Source: the human T2T-CHM13v2.0 reference genome, Homo sapiens
Direction: 5' to 3' (one strand)
NCBI RefSeq assembly: GCF_009914755.1
Contig: NC_060947.1
DNA: 64,000 bases
Position 1 is the first letter of the stretch. The number at the start of each line of letters is the position of its first letter. Under the pieces are notes generated by a model. It made no database searches, was not told the origin of the DNA, and was given only the letters and a program-made list of their open reading frames with translations. Below are positions 21,501 through 36,500 of the stretch, one piece after another. Made by a program: the position numbers and the translations under genes.

Positions 21501-24500
21501 CTACCGTAGGCCTCAAAGCAGTCCAAATCTCCATTTGCAGATTCTATAAAAAGAGTGATTCCAATCTGCTCTATCAATAGGATTGTTCAACTCCATGAGT
21601 TGAATGCCATCCTCACAAAGTAGTTTCTGAGAATGCTTCTATCTGGTTTTTGTGTGAAGATATTTCCTTTTCCACCACAGGCCTCAAAGCCCTCCAAACG
21701 TCCACTTGCAGATTCTCGAAAAAGAGTGTTTCATAGCTGCTCTTTCAAAAGGAAAGTTCAACTCTGGGAGTTGAATGCAAACATCACAAAATAGTTTCCG
21801 AGAATGCTTCTGTTTAGTTTTTATGTGAAGATGATCCCGTTTCCAGTGAAATCTTCAAAGAGGTCCACATATCCCCTTGCAGATTCCAAAGAAAGAGGGT
21901 TTCAAAACTGCTCCATCAGAAGGATTGTTCAACTCTGTGAGTTGAATGCAGTCATCGCAGAAAACTTTCTGAGAATGCTTCTGTCTAGGTTTGATGTGAA
22001 GATATAGACGTTTCAAACGAAGGCTACAAAGTGGTCAAAATATACACTTGCAGATTCTACTACAAGGGTGTTGCAAACCTGAACTATCAAAGGAAGGTTC
22101 AACTCTGTGAATTGAATACAAACATCACAAAGAATGTTCTGAGTTTGCTTCCGTTCAGTTATGGGAAGTTGATCCCGTTTCCAACGAAATCCTCAGAGAG
22201 GTCCAAATATCCCCTCGCAGATTCTACAAAACGTGTGTTTGGAAACTGCTCCATCATAACGAATGTTCAGCTCCCTGAGTTAAACTCCATCGTCACAAAG
22301 AATTTTCTGAGAGTGCTACCGTCTGGTTTTTATATGAAGTTCTTTCCTTCACTACCACAGGCCTCAAAGCGGTCCAAATCTCCACTTGCAGATTCTACAA
22401 AAAGAGTGTTTGCAAACTGCTCTATCAAAAGGAATGTTCAACTCTGGGAGTTGAATGCAATCATCACAGAGCAGTTTCTGAGAATGCTTCTATGTCGTTT
22501 TTAGGAGAAGATATTTCCTTTTCCAACACAGTCCCCCAAGCCCGCTAAATAGCCACTTGCACATTGTAGAAAAAGTGTGTCAAAGCTGCGCTATCAAAGG
22601 GAAAGTTCAACTCTGTGAGGTGAATGCAAACATCCCAAAGAAGTTTCTGAGAATGCTTCCGTTTAGCTTTTAGGTGAAGATTATCCCGTTTCCAACGAAA
22701 CCTTCAAAGAGGTCCAAATATCCCCTTGCGGATCCCACAGAAAGAGTGTTTCAAAACTGCTGTTTCAAAAGGAATCTTCAACTCTGTGAGTTGAATGCAA
22801 TCATCACAAAGAAGTTTCTGACAATGCTTCTCTCTCGTCTTTCTGTGAAGATAAAGGAAAAGGCTTTCAGGCCTTTTCCACCACAGGCCTGAAAGCGCTC
22901 CAAATGTCCACTTGCAGATTCTGCCAAAAGAATATTTCAAAACTGCTCTATGAAAAGCAATGTTAAACTCTGTGGCTGGAACACAAACATCACAAAGCGG
23001 TTTCTGAGAATGTTTCAGTTTACTTTTTCTGTGGAAATATTCCCGTTTCCAAAGAAATCTTCAAAGAGGTCCACGTATCCACTTACAGATTCTACAAAAA
23101 GACAGTTTCAAAACTGCTCCATCAAAAGGAGGGTTCAACTGTGTGACTTGAATGCAATCATCACTCAGAAGTTTCTGAGAATGCTTCTCTTTAGTTTTTA
23201 CGTGAACATATACCCGTTTCGATCGAAGGCCACCCAGTGGTCCAAATATCCACTTGCAGATTATACAGAAAGAGTGTTTCGAACCTGAACTCTCAAAGGC
23301 AGGTTCATCTCTGCGAGTTAAATGCATTCATCATGAAGAACTTTCTCAGAGTGTTTGTGTTTAGTTATGGGAAATTATTCCCGTTTCCAACGAAATCCTC
23401 AGAGTGGTCCAAATATCCACCTGCAGATTCTACCAAAAGTGTATTTGGAAACTGCTCCATCAAAAGGCATGTTCAGCTCTGTGAGTGAAACTCCATCATC
23501 ACAAAGAATATTCTGAGAATGCTTCCGTTTGCCTTTTATCTGAAGTTCCTTCCTATACGACCGTAGGCCTCAAAGCAGTCCAAATCTCCATTTGCAGATT
23601 CTACAAAAAGAGTGATTCCAATCTGCTCTATCAATAGGATTGTTCAACTCCATGAGTTGAATGCCATCCTCACAAAGTAGTTTCTGAGAATGCTTCTATC
23701 TAGTTTTTATGTGAAGGTATTTCCTTTTCCACCACAGGCCTCCAAGCCCTCCAAACGTCCACTTGCAGATTCTCGAAAAAGAGTGTTTCATAGCTGCTCT
23801 TTCAAAAGGAAAGTTCAACTCTGGGAGTTGAATACAAACATCACAAAGTAGTTTCCGAGAATGCTTCTGTTTAGTTTTTATGTGAAGATGATCCCGTTTC
23901 CAGTGAAATCTTCAAAGAGGTCCACATATCCCCTTGCACATTCCAAAGAAAGAGGGTTTCAAAACTGCTCCATCAGAAGGATTGTTCAACTCTGTGAGTT
24001 GAATGCAGTCATCGCAGAAAACTTTCTGAGAATGCTTCTGTCTAGGTTTGATGTGAAGATATAGACGTTTCAAATGAAGGCTACAAAGTGGTCAAAATAT
24101 ACACTTGCAGATTCTACTACAAGGGTGTTGCAAACCTGAACTATCAAAGGAAGGTTCAACTCTGTGAGTTGAATACAAACATCACAAAGAATGTTCTGAG
24201 TTTGCTTCCGTTCAGTTATGGGAAGTTGATCCCGTTTCCAACGAAATCCTCAGAGAGGTCCAAATATCCCCTTGCAGATTCTACAAAACGTGTGTTTGGA
24301 AACTGCTCCATCATAACAAATGTTCAGCTCCCTGAGTTAAACTCCATCGTCACAAAGAATTTTCTGAGAGTGCTACCGTCTGGTTTTTATATGAAGTTCT
24401 TTCCTTCACTTCCACTGGCCTCAAAGCGGTCCAAATCTCCACTTGCAGATTCTACAAAAATAGTGTTTGCAAACTGCTCTATCAAAAGGAATGTTCAACT

Positions 24501-27500
24501 CTGGGAGTTGAATGCAATCATCACAGAGCAGTTTCTGAGAATGCTTCTATGTCGTTTTTAGGAGAAGATATTTCCTTTTCCAACACAGTCCTCCAAGCCC
24601 GCTAAATAGCCACTTGCACATTGTAGAAAAAGTGTGTCAAAGCTGCGCTATCAAAGGGAAAGTTCAACTCTGTGAGGTGAATGCAAACATCCCAAAGAAG
24701 TTTCTGAGAATGCTTCCGTTTAGCTTTTAGGTGAAGATTATCCCGTTTCCAACGAAACCTTCAAAGAGGTCCAAATATCCCCTTGCGGATCCCACAGAAA
24801 GAGTGTTTCGAAACTGCTGTTTCAAAAGGAATCTTCAACTCTGTGAGTTGAATGCAATCATCACAAAGAAGTTTCTGACAATGCTTCTCTCTCGTCTTTC
24901 TGTGAAGATAAAGGAAAAGGCTTTCAGGCCTTTTCCACCACAGGCCTGAAAGCGCTCCAAATGTCCACTTGCAGATTCTGCCAAAAGAATATTTCAAAAC
25001 TGCTCTATGAAAAGCAATGTTAAACTCTGTGGCTCGAACACAAACATCACAAAGCAGTTTCTGAGAATGTTTCAGTTTAGTTTTTCTGTGGAAATATTCC
25101 CGTTTCCAAAGAAATCTTCAAAGAGGTCCACGTATCCACTTACAGATTCTACAAAAAGACAGTTTCAAAACTGCTCCATCAAAAGGAGGGTTCAACTGTG
25201 TGACTTGAATGCAATCATCACTCAGAAGTTTCTGAGAATGCTTCTCTTTAGTTTTTACGTGAACATATACCCGTTTCGATCGAAGGCCACCCAGTGGTCC
25301 AAATATCCACTTGCAGATTCTACAGAAAGAGTGTTTCGAACCTGAACTCTCAAAGGCAGGTTCATCTCTGCGAGTTAAATGCATTCATCATGAAGAACTT
25401 TCTCAGAGTGTTTGTGTTTAGTTATGGGAAATTATTCCCGTTTCCAACGAAATCCTCAGAGAGCTCCAAATATCCACCTGCAGATTCTACCAAAAGTGTA
25501 TTTGGAAACTGCTCCATCAAAAGGCATGTTCAGCTCTGTGAGTGAAACTCCATCATCACAAAGAATATTCTGAGAATGCTTCCGTTTGCCTTTTATATGA
25601 AGTTCCTTCCTATACTACCGTAGGCCTCAAAGCAGTCCAAATCTCCATTTGCAGATTCTACAAAAAGAGTGATTCCAATCTGCTCTATCAATAGGATTGT
25701 TCAACTCCATGAGTTGAATGCCATCCTCACAAAGTCGTTTCTGAGAATGCTTCTATCTAGTTTTTATGTGAAGATATTTCCTTTTCCACCACAGGCCTCA
25801 AAGCCCTCCAAACGTCCACTTGCACATTCTCGAAAAAGACTGTTTCATAGCTGCTCTTTCAAAAGGAAAGTTCAACTCTGGGAGTTGAATACAAACATCA
25901 CAAAGTAGTTTCCGAGAATGCTTCTGTTTAGTTTTTATGTGAAGATGATCCCGTTTCCAGTGAAATCTTCAAAGAGGTCCACATATCCCCTTGCAGATTC
26001 CAAAGAAAGAGGGTTTAAAAACTGCTCCATCAGAAGGATTGTTCAACTCTGTGAGTTGAATGCAGTCATCGCAGAAAACTTTCTGAGAATGCTTCTGTCT
26101 AGGTTTGATGTGAAGATATAGACGTTTCAAACGAAGGCTACAAAGTGGTCAAAATATACACTTGCAGATTCTACTACAAGGGTGTTGCAAACCTGAACTA
26201 TCAAAGGAAGGTTCAACTCTGTGAGTTGAATACAAACATCACAAAGAATGTTCTGAGTTTGCTTCCGTTCAGTTATGGGAAGTTGATCCCGTTTCCAACG
26301 AAATCCTCAGAGAGGTCCAAATATCCCCTCGCAGATTCTACAAAACGTGTGTTTGGAAACTGCTCCATCATAACGAATGTTCAGCTCCCTGAGTTAAACT
26401 CCATCGTCACAAAGAATTTTCTGAGAGTGCTACCGTCTGGTTTTTATATGAAGTTCTTTCCTTCACTACCACAGGCCTCAAAGCGGTCCAAATCTCCACT
26501 TGCAGATTCTACAAAAAGAGTGTTTGCAAACTGCTCTATCAAAAGGAATGTTCAACTCTGGGAGTTGAATGCAATCATCACAGAGCAGTTTCTGAGAATG
26601 CTTCTATGTCGTTTTTAGGAGAAGATATTTCCTTTTCCAACACAGTCCTCCAAGCCCGCTAAATAGCCACTTGCACATTGTAGAAAAAGTGTGTCAAAGC
26701 TGCGCTATCAAAGGGAAAGTTCAACTCTGTGAGGTGAATGCAAACATCCCAAAGAAGTTTCTGAGAATGCTTCCGTTTAGCTTTTAGGTGAAGATTATCC
26801 CGTTTCCAACGAAACCTTCAAAGAGGTCCAAATATCCCCTTGCGGATCCCACAGAAAGAGTGTTTCGAAACTGCTGTTTCAAAAGGAATCTTCAACTCTG
26901 TGAGTTGAATGCAATCATCACAAAGAAGTTTCTGACAATGCTTCTCTCTCGTCTTTCTGTGAAGATAAAGGAAAAGGCTTTCAGGCCTTTGCCACCACAG
27001 GCCTGAAAGCGGTCCAAATGTCCACTTGCAGATTCTGCCAAAAGAATATTTCAAAACTGCTCTATGAAAAGCAATGTTAAACTCTGCGGCTCGAACACAA
27101 ACATCACAAAGCGGTTTCTGAGAATGCTTCAGTTTAGTTTTTCTGTGGAAATATTCCCGTTTCCAAAGAAATCTTCAAAGAGGTCCACGTATCCACTTAC
27201 AGATTCTACAAAAAGACAGTTTCAAAACTGCTCCATCAAAAGGAGGGTTCAACTGTGTGACTTGAATGCAATCATCACTCAGAAGTTTCTGAGAATGCTT
27301 CTCTTTAGTTTTTACGTGAACATATACCCGTTTCGAACGAAGGCCACCCAGTGGTCCAAATATCCACTTGCAGATTATACAGAAAGAGTGTTTCGAACCT
27401 GAACTCTCAAAGGCAGGTTCATCTCTGCGAGTTAAATGCATTCATCATGAAGAACTTTCTCAGCGTGTTTGTGTTTAGTTATGGGAAATTATTCCCGTTT

Positions 27501-30500
27501 CCAACGAAATCCTCAAAGAGCTCCAAATATCCACCTGCAGATTCTACCAAAAGTGTATTTGGAAACTGCTCCATCAAAAGGCATGTTCAGCTCTGTGAGT
27601 GAAACTCCATCATCACAAAGAATATTCTGAGAATGCTTCCGTTTGCCTTTTATATGAAGTTCCTTCCTATAAGACCGTAGGCCTCAAAGCAGTCCAAATC
27701 TCCATTTGCAGATTCTACAAAAAGAGTGATTCCAATCTGCTCTATCAATAGGATTGTTCAACTCCATGAGTTGAATGCCATCCTCACAAAGTAGTTTCTG
27801 AGAATGCTTCTATCTAGTTTTTATGTGAAGATATTTCCTTTTCCACCACAGGCCTCAAAGCCCTCCAAACGTCCACTTGCAGATTCTCGAAAAAGAGTGT
27901 TTCATAGCTGCTCTTTCAAAAGGAAAGTTCACCTCTGGCAGTTGAATACAAACATCACAAAGTAGTTTCCGAGAATGCTTCTGTTTAGTTTTTATGTGAA
28001 GATGATCCCGTTTCCAGTGAAATCTTCAAAGAGGTCAACATATCCCCTTGCAGATTCCAAAGAAAGAGGGTTTCAAAACTGCTCCATCAGAAGGATTGTT
28101 CAACTCTGTGAGTTGAATGCAGTCATCGCAGAAAACTTTCTGAGAATGCTTCTGTCTAGGTTTGATGTGAAGATATAGACGTTTCAAACGAAGGCTACAA
28201 AGTGGTCAAAATATACACTTGCAGATTCTACTACAAGGGTGTTGCAAACCTGAACTATCAAAGGAAGGTTCAACTCTGTGAGTTGAATACAAACATCACA
28301 AAGAATGTTCTGAGTTTGCTTCCGTTCAGTTATGGGAAGTTGATCCCGTTTCCAACGAAATCCTCAGAGAGGTCCAAATATCCCCTCGCAGATTCTACAA
28401 AACGTGTGTTTGGAAACTGCTCCATCATAACGAATGTTCAGCTCTCTGAGTTAAACTCCATCGTCACAAAGAATTTTCTGAGAGTGCTACCGTCTGGTTT
28501 TTATATGAAGTTCTTTCCTTCACTACCACAGGCCTCAAAGCGGTCCAAATCTCCACTTGCAGATTCTACAAAAAGAGTGTTTGCAAACTGCTCTATCAAA
28601 AGGAATGTTCAACTCTGGGAGTTGAATGCAATCATCACAGAGCAGTTTCTGAGAATGCTTCTATGTCGTTTTTAGGAGAAGATATTTCCTTTTCCAACAC
28701 AATCCTCCAAGCCCGCTAAATAGCCACTTGCACATTGTAGAAAAAGTGTGTCAAAGCTGCGCTATCAAAGGGAAAGTTCAACTCTGTGAGGTGAATGCAA
28801 ACATCCCAAAGAAGTTTCTGAGAATGCTTCCGTTTAGCTTTTAGGTGAAGATTATCCCGTTTCCAACGAAACCTTCAAAGAGGTCCAAATATCCCCTTGC
28901 GGATCCCACAGAAAGAGTGTTTCGAAACTGCTGTTTCAAAAGGAATCTTCAACTCTGTGAGTTGAATGCAATCATCACAAAGAAGTTTCTGACAATGCTT
29001 CTCTCTCGTCTTTCTGTGAAGATAAAGGAAAAGGCTTTCAGGCCTTTTCCACCACAGGCCTGAAAGCGCTCCAAATGTCCACTTGCAGATTCTGCCAAAA
29101 GAATATTTCAAAACTGCTCTATGAAAAGCAATGTTAAACTCTGTGGCTGGAACACAAACATCACAAAGCGGTTTCTGAGAATGTTTCAGTTTAGTTTTTC
29201 TGTGGAAATATTCCCGTTTCCAAAGAAATCTTCAAAGAGGTCCACGTATCCACTTACAGATTCTACAAAAAGACAGTTTCAAAACTGCTCCATCAAAAGG
29301 AGGGTTCAACTGTGTGACTTGAATGCAATCATCACTCAGAAGTTTCTGAGAATGCTTCTCTTTAGTTTTTACGTGAACATATACCCGTTTCGAACGAAGG
29401 CCACCCAGTGGTCCAAATATCCACTTGCAGATTATACAGAAAGAGTGTTTCGAACCTGAACTCTCAAAGGCAGGTTCATCTCTGCGAGTTAAATGCATTC
29501 ATCATGAAGAACTTTCTCAGAGTGTTTGTGCTTAGTTATGGGAAATTATTCCCTTTTCCAACGAAATCCTCAGAGTGGTCCAAATATCCACCTGCAGATT
29601 CTACCAAAAGTGTATTTGGAAACTGCTCCATCAAAAGGCATGTTCAGCTCTGTGAGTGAAACTCCATCATCACAAAGAATATTCTGAGAATGCTTCCGTT
29701 TGCCTTTTATCTGAAGTTCCTTCCTATACGACCGTAGGCCTCAAAGCAGTCCAAATCTCCATTTGCAGATTCTACAAAAAGAGTGATTCCAATCTGCTCT
29801 ATCAATAGGATTGTTCAACTCCATGAGTTGAATGCCATCCTCACAAAGTCGTTTCTGAGAATGCTTCTATCTAGTTTTTATGTGAAGATATTTCCTTTTC
29901 CACCACAGGCCTCAAAGCCCTCCAAACGTCCACTTGCAGATTCTCGAAAAAGAGTGTTTCATAGCTGCTCTTTCAAAAGGAAAGTTCAACTCTGGGAGTT
30001 GAATACAAACATCACAAAATAGTTTCCGAGAATGCTTCTGTTTAGTTTTTATGTGAAGATGATCCCGTTTCCAGTGAAATCTTCAAAGAGGTCCACATAT
30101 CCCCTTGCAGATTCCAAAGAAAGAGGGTTTCAAAACTGCTCCATCAGAAGGATTGTTCAACTCTGTGAGTTGAATGCAGTCATCGCAGAAAACTTTCTGA
30201 GAATGCTTCTGTCTAGTTTTGATGTGAAGATATAGACGTTTCAAACGAAGGCTACAAAGTGGTCAAAATATACACTTGCAGATTCTACTACAAGGGTGTT
30301 GCAAACCTGAACTATCAAAGGAAGGTTCAACTCTGTGAATTGAATACAAACATCACAAAGAATGTTCTGAGTTTGCTTCCGTTCAGTTATGGGAAGTTGA
30401 TCCCGTTTCCAACGAAATCCTCAGAGAGGTCCAAATATCCCCTCGCAGATTCTACAAAACGTGTGTTTGGAAACTGCTCCATCATAACGAATGTTCAGCT

Positions 30501-33500
30501 CCCTGAGTTAAACTCCATCGTCACAAAGAATTTTCTGAGAGTGCTACCGTCTGGTTTTTATATGAAGTTCTTTCCTTCACTACCACAGGCCTCAAAGCGG
30601 TCCAAATCTCCACTTGCAGATTCTACAAAAAGAGTGTTTGCAAACTGCTCTATCAAAAGGAATGTTCAACTCTGGGAGTTGAATGCAATCATCACAGAGC
30701 AGTTTCTGAGAATGCTTCTATGTCGTTTTTAGGAGAAGATATTTCCTTTTCCAACACAGTCCTCCAAGCCCGCTAAATAGCCACTTGCACATTGTAGAAA
30801 AAGTGTGTCAAAGCTGCGCTATCAAAGGGAAAGTTCAACTCTGTGAGGTGAATGCAAACATCCCAAAGAAGTTTCTGAGAATGCTTCCGTTTAGCTTTTA
30901 GGTGAAGATTATCCCGTTTCCAACGAAACCTTCAAAGAGGTCCAAATATCCCCTTGCGGATCCCACAGAAAGAGTGTTTCGAAACTGCTGTTTCAAAAGG
31001 AATCTTCAACTCTGTGAGTTGAATGCAATCATCACAAAGAAGTTTCTGACAATGCTTCTCTCTCGTCTTTCTGTGAAGATAAAGGAAAAGGCTTTCAGGC
31101 CTTTTCCACCACAGGCCTGAAAGCGCTCCAAATGTCCACTTGCAGATTCTGCGAAAAGAATATTTCAAAACTGCTCTATGAAAAGCAATGTTAAACTCTG
31201 TGGCTGGAACACAAACATCACAAAGCGGTTTCTGAGAATGTTTCAGTTTAGTTTTTCTGTGGAAATATTCCCGTTTCCAAAGAAATCTTCAAAGAGGTCC
31301 ACGTATCCACTTACAGATTCTACAAAAAGACAGTTTCAAAACTGCTCCATCAAAAGGAGGGTTCAACTGTGTGACTTGAATGCAATCATCACTCAGAAGT
31401 TTCTGAGAATGCTTCTCTTTAGTTTTTACGTGAACATATACCCGTTTCGAACGAAGGCCACCCAGTGGTCCAAATATCCACTTGCAGATTATACAGAAAG
31501 AGTGTTTCGAACCTGAACTCTCAAAGGCAGGTTCATCTCTGCGAGTTAAATGCATTCATCATGAAGAACTTTCTCAGAGTGTTTGTGTTTAGTTATGGGA
31601 AATTATTCCCGTTTCCAACGAAATCCTCAGAGAGCTCCAAATATCCACCTGCAGATTCTACCAAAAGTGTATTTGGAAACTGCTCCATCAACAGGCATGT
31701 TCAGCTCTGTGAGTGAAACTCCATCATCACAAAGAATATTCTGAGAATGCTTCCGTTTGCCTTTTATCTGAAGTTCCTTCCTATACGACCGTAGGCCTCA
31801 AAGCAGTCCAAATCTCCATTTGCAGATTCTACAAAAAGAGTGATTCCAATCTGCTCTATCAATAGGATTGTTCAACTCCATGAGTTGAATGCCATCCTCA
31901 CAAAGTAGTTTCTGAGAATGCTTCTATCTAGTTTTTATGTGAAGGTATTTCCTTTTCCACCACAGGCCTCCAAGCCCTCCAAACGTCCACTTGCAGATTC
32001 TCGAAAAAGAGTGTTTCATAGCTGCTCTTTCAAAAGGAAAGTTCAACTCTGGGAGTTGAATACAAACATCACAAAGTAGTTTCCGAGAATGCTTCTGTTT
32101 AGTTTTTATGTGAAGATGATCCCGTTTCCAGTGAAATCTTCAAAGAGGTCCACATATCCCCTTGCAGATTCCAAAGAAAGAGGGTTTCAAAACTGCTCCA
32201 TCAGAAGGATTGTTCAACTCTGTGAGTTGAATGCAGTCATCGCAGAAAACTTTCTGAGAATGCTTCTGTCTAGGATTGATGTGAAGATATAGACGTTTCA
32301 AATGAAGGCTACAAAGTGGTCAAAATATACACTTGCAGATTCTACTACAAGGGTGTTGCAAACCTGAACTATCAAAGGAAGGTTCAACTCTGTGAGTTGA
32401 ATACAAACATCACAAAGAATGTTCTGAGTTTGCTTCCGTTCAGTTATGGGAAGTTGATCCCGTTTCCAACGAAATCCTCAGAGAGGTCCAAATATCCCCT
32501 TGCAGATTCTACAAAACGTGTGTTTGGAAACTGCTCCATCATAACGAATGTTCAGCTCCCTGAGTTAAACTCCATCGTCACAAAGAATTTTCTGAGAGTG
32601 CTACCGTCTGGTTTTTATATGAAGTTCTTTCCTTCACTACCACAGGCCTCAAAGCGGTCCAAATCTCCACTTGCAGATTCTACAAAAAGAGTGTTTGCAA
32701 ACTGCTCTATCAAAAGGAATGTTCAACTCTGGGAGTTGAATGCAATCATCACAGAGCAGTTTCTGAGAATGCTTCTATGTCGTTTTTAGGAGAAGATATT
32801 TCCTTTTCCAACACAGTCCTCCAAGCCCGCTAAATAGCCACTTGCACATTGTAGAAAAAGTGTGTCAAAGCTGCGCTATCAAAGGGAAAGTTCAACTCTG
32901 TGAGGTGAATGCAAACATCCCAAAGAAGTTTCTGAGAATGCTTCCGTTTAGCTTTTAGGTGAAGATTATCCCGTTTCCAACGAAACCTTCAAAGAGGTCC
33001 AAATATCCCCTTGTGGATCCCACAGAAAGAGTGTTTCGAAACTGCTGTTTCAAAAGGAATCTTCAACTCTGTGAGTTGAATGCAATCATCACAAAGAAGT
33101 TTCTGACAATGCTTCTCTCTCGTCTTTCTGTGAAGATAAAGAAAAGGCTTTCAGGCCTTTTCCACCACAGGCCTGAAAGCGCTCCAAATGTCCACTTGCA
33201 GATTCTGCGAAAAGAATATTTCAAAACTGCTCTATGAAAAGCAATGTTAAACTCTGTGGCTGGAACACAAACATCACAAAGCAGTTTCTGAGAATGCTTC
33301 AGTTTAGTTTTTCTGTGGAAATATTCCCGTTTCCAAAGAAATCTTCAAAGAGGTCCACGTATCCACTTACAGATTCTACAAAAAGACAGTTTCAAAACTG
33401 CTCCATCAAAAGGAGGGTTCAACTGTGTGACTTGAATGCAATCATCACTCAGAAGTTTCTGAGAATGCTTCTCTTTAGTTTTTACGTGAACATATACCCG

Positions 33501-36500
33501 TTTCGAACGAAGGCCACCCAGTGGTCCAAATATCCACTTGCAGATTATACAGAAAGAGTGTTTCGAACCTGAACTCTCAAAGGCAGGTTCATCTCTGCGA
33601 GTTAAATGCATTCATCATGAAGAACTTTCTCAGAGTGTTTGTGTTTAGTTATGGGAAATTATTCCCGTTTCCAACGAAATCCTCAGAGAGCTCCAAATAT
33701 CCACCTGCAGATTCTACCAAAAGTGTATTTGGAAACTGCTCCATCAACAGGCATGTTCAGCTCTGTGAGTGAAACTCCATCATCACAAAGAATATTCTGA
33801 GAATGCTTCCGTTTGCCTTTTATCTGAAGTTCCTTCCTATACGACCGTAGGCCTCAAAGCAGTCCAAATCTCCATTTGCAGATTCTACAAAAAGAGTGAT
33901 TCCAATCTGCTCTATCAATAGGATTGTTCAACTCCATGAGTTGAATGCCATCCTCACAAAGTAGTTTCTGAGAATGCTTCTATCTAGTTTTTATGTGAAG
34001 GTATTTCCTTTTCCACCACAGGCCTCCAAGCCCTCCAAACGTCCACTTGCAGATTCTCGAAAAAGAGTGTTTCATAGCTGCTCTTTCAAAAGGAAAGTTC
34101 AACTCTGGGAGTTGAATACAAACATCACAAAGTAGTTTCCGAGAATGCTTCTGTTTAGTTTTTATGTGAAGATGATCCCGTTTCCAGTGAAATCTTCAAA
34201 GAGGTCCACATATCCCCTTGCAGATTCCAAAGAAAGAGGGTTTCAAAACTGCTCCATCAGAAGGATTGTTCAACTCTGTGAGTTGAATGCAGTCATCGCA
34301 GAAAACTTTCTGAGAATGCTTCTGTCTAGGATTGATGTGAAGATATAGACGTTTCAAATGAAGGCTACAAAGTGGTCAAAATATACACTTGCAGATTCTA
34401 CTACAAGGGTGTTGCAAACCTGAACTATCAAAGGAAGGTTCAACTCTGTGAGTTGAATACAAACATCACAAAGAATGTTCTGAGTTTGCTTCCGTTCAGT
34501 TATGGGAAGTTGATCCCGTTTCCAACGAAATCCTCAGAGAGGTCCAAATATCCCCTTGCAGATTCTACAAAACGTGTGTTTGGAAACTGCTCCATCATAA
34601 CGAATGTTCAGCTCCCTGAGTTAAACTCCATCGTCACAAAGAATTTTCTGAGAGTGCTACCGTCTGGTTTTTATATGAAGTTCTTTCCTTCACTACCACT
34701 GGCCTCAAAGCGGTCCAAATCTCCACTTGCAGATTCTACAAAAAGAGTGTTTGCAAACTGCTCTATCAAAAGGAATGTTCAACTCTGGGAGTTGAATGCA
34801 ATCATCACAGAGCAGTTTCTGAGAATGCTTCTATGTCGTTTTTAGGAGAAGATATTTCCTTTTCCAACACAGTCCTCCAAGCCCGCTAAATAGCCACTTG
34901 CACATTGTAGAAAAAGTGTGTCAAAGCTGCGCTATCAAAGGGAAAGTTCAACTCTGTGAGGTGAATGCAAACATCCCAAAGAAGTTTCTGAGAATGCTTC
35001 CGTTTAGCTTTTAGGTGAAGATTATCCCGTTTCCAACGAAACCTTCAAAGAGGTCCAAATATCCCCTTGCGGATCCCACAGAAAGAGTGTTTCGAAACTG
35101 CTGTTTCAAAAGGAATCTTCAACTCTGTGAGTTGAATGCAATCATCACAAAGAAGTTTCTGACAATGCTTCTCTCTCGTCTTTCTGTGAAGATAAAGGAA
35201 AAGGCTTTCAGGCCTTTTCCACCACAGGCCTGAAAGCGGTCCAAATGTCCACTTGCAGATTCTGCCAAAAGAATATTTCAAAACTGCTCTATGAAAAGCA
35301 ATGTTAAACTCTGTGGCTCGAACACAAACATCACAAAGCGGTTTCTGAGAATGCTTCAGTTTAGTTTTTCTGTGGAAATATTCCCGTTTCCAAAGAAATC
35401 TTCAAAGAGGTCCACGTATCCACTTACAGATTCTACAAAAAGACAGTTTCAAAACTGCTCCATCAAAAGGAGGGTTCAACCGTGTGACTTGAATGCAATC
35501 ATCACTCAGAAGTTTCTGAGAATGCTTCTCTTTAGTTTTTACGTGAACATATACCCGTTTCGAACGAAGGCCACCCAGTGGTCCAAATATCCACTTGCAG
35601 ATTCTACAGAAAGAGTGTTTCGAACCTGAACTCTCAAAGGCAGGTTCATCTCTGCGAGTTAAATGCATTCATCATGAAGAACTTTCTCAGCGTGTTTGTG
35701 TTTAGTTATGGGAAATTATTCCCGTTTCCAACGAAATCCTCAGAGAGCTCCAAATATCCACCTGCAGATTCTACCAAAAGTGTATTTGGAAACTGCTCCA
35801 TCAAAAGGCATGTTCAGCTCTGTGAGTGAAACTCCATCATCACAAAGAATATTCTGAGAATGCTTCCGTTTGCCTTTTATATGAAGTTCCTTCCTGTACT
35901 ACCGTAGGCCTCAAAGCAGTCCAAATCTCCATTTGCAGATTCTACAAAAAGAGTGATTCCAATCTGCTCTATCAATAGGATTGTTCAACTCCATGAGTTG
36001 AATGCCATCCTCACAAAGCAGTTTCTGAGAATGCTTCTATCTGGTTTTTGTGTGAAGATATTTCCTTTTCCACCACAGGCCTCAAAGCCCTCCAAACGTC
36101 CACTTGCAGATTCTCGAAAAAGAGTGTTTCATAGCTGCTCTTTCAAAAGGAAAGTTCAACTCTGGGAGTTGAATACAAACATCACAAAATAGTTTCCGAG
36201 AATGCTTCTGTTTAGTTTTTATGTGAAGATGATCCCGTTTCCAGTGAAATCTTCAAAGAGGTCCACATATCCCCTTGCAGATTCCAAAGAAAGAGGGTTT
36301 CAAAACTGCTCCATCAGAAGGATTGTTCAACTCTGTGAGTTGAATGCAGTCATCGCAGAAAACTTTCTGAGAATGCTTCTGTCTAGGTTTGATGTGAAGA
36401 TATAGACGTTTCAAACGAAGGCTACAAAGTGGTCAAAATATACACTTGCAGATTCTACTACAAGGGTGTTGCAAACCTGAACTATCAAAGGAAGGTTCAA

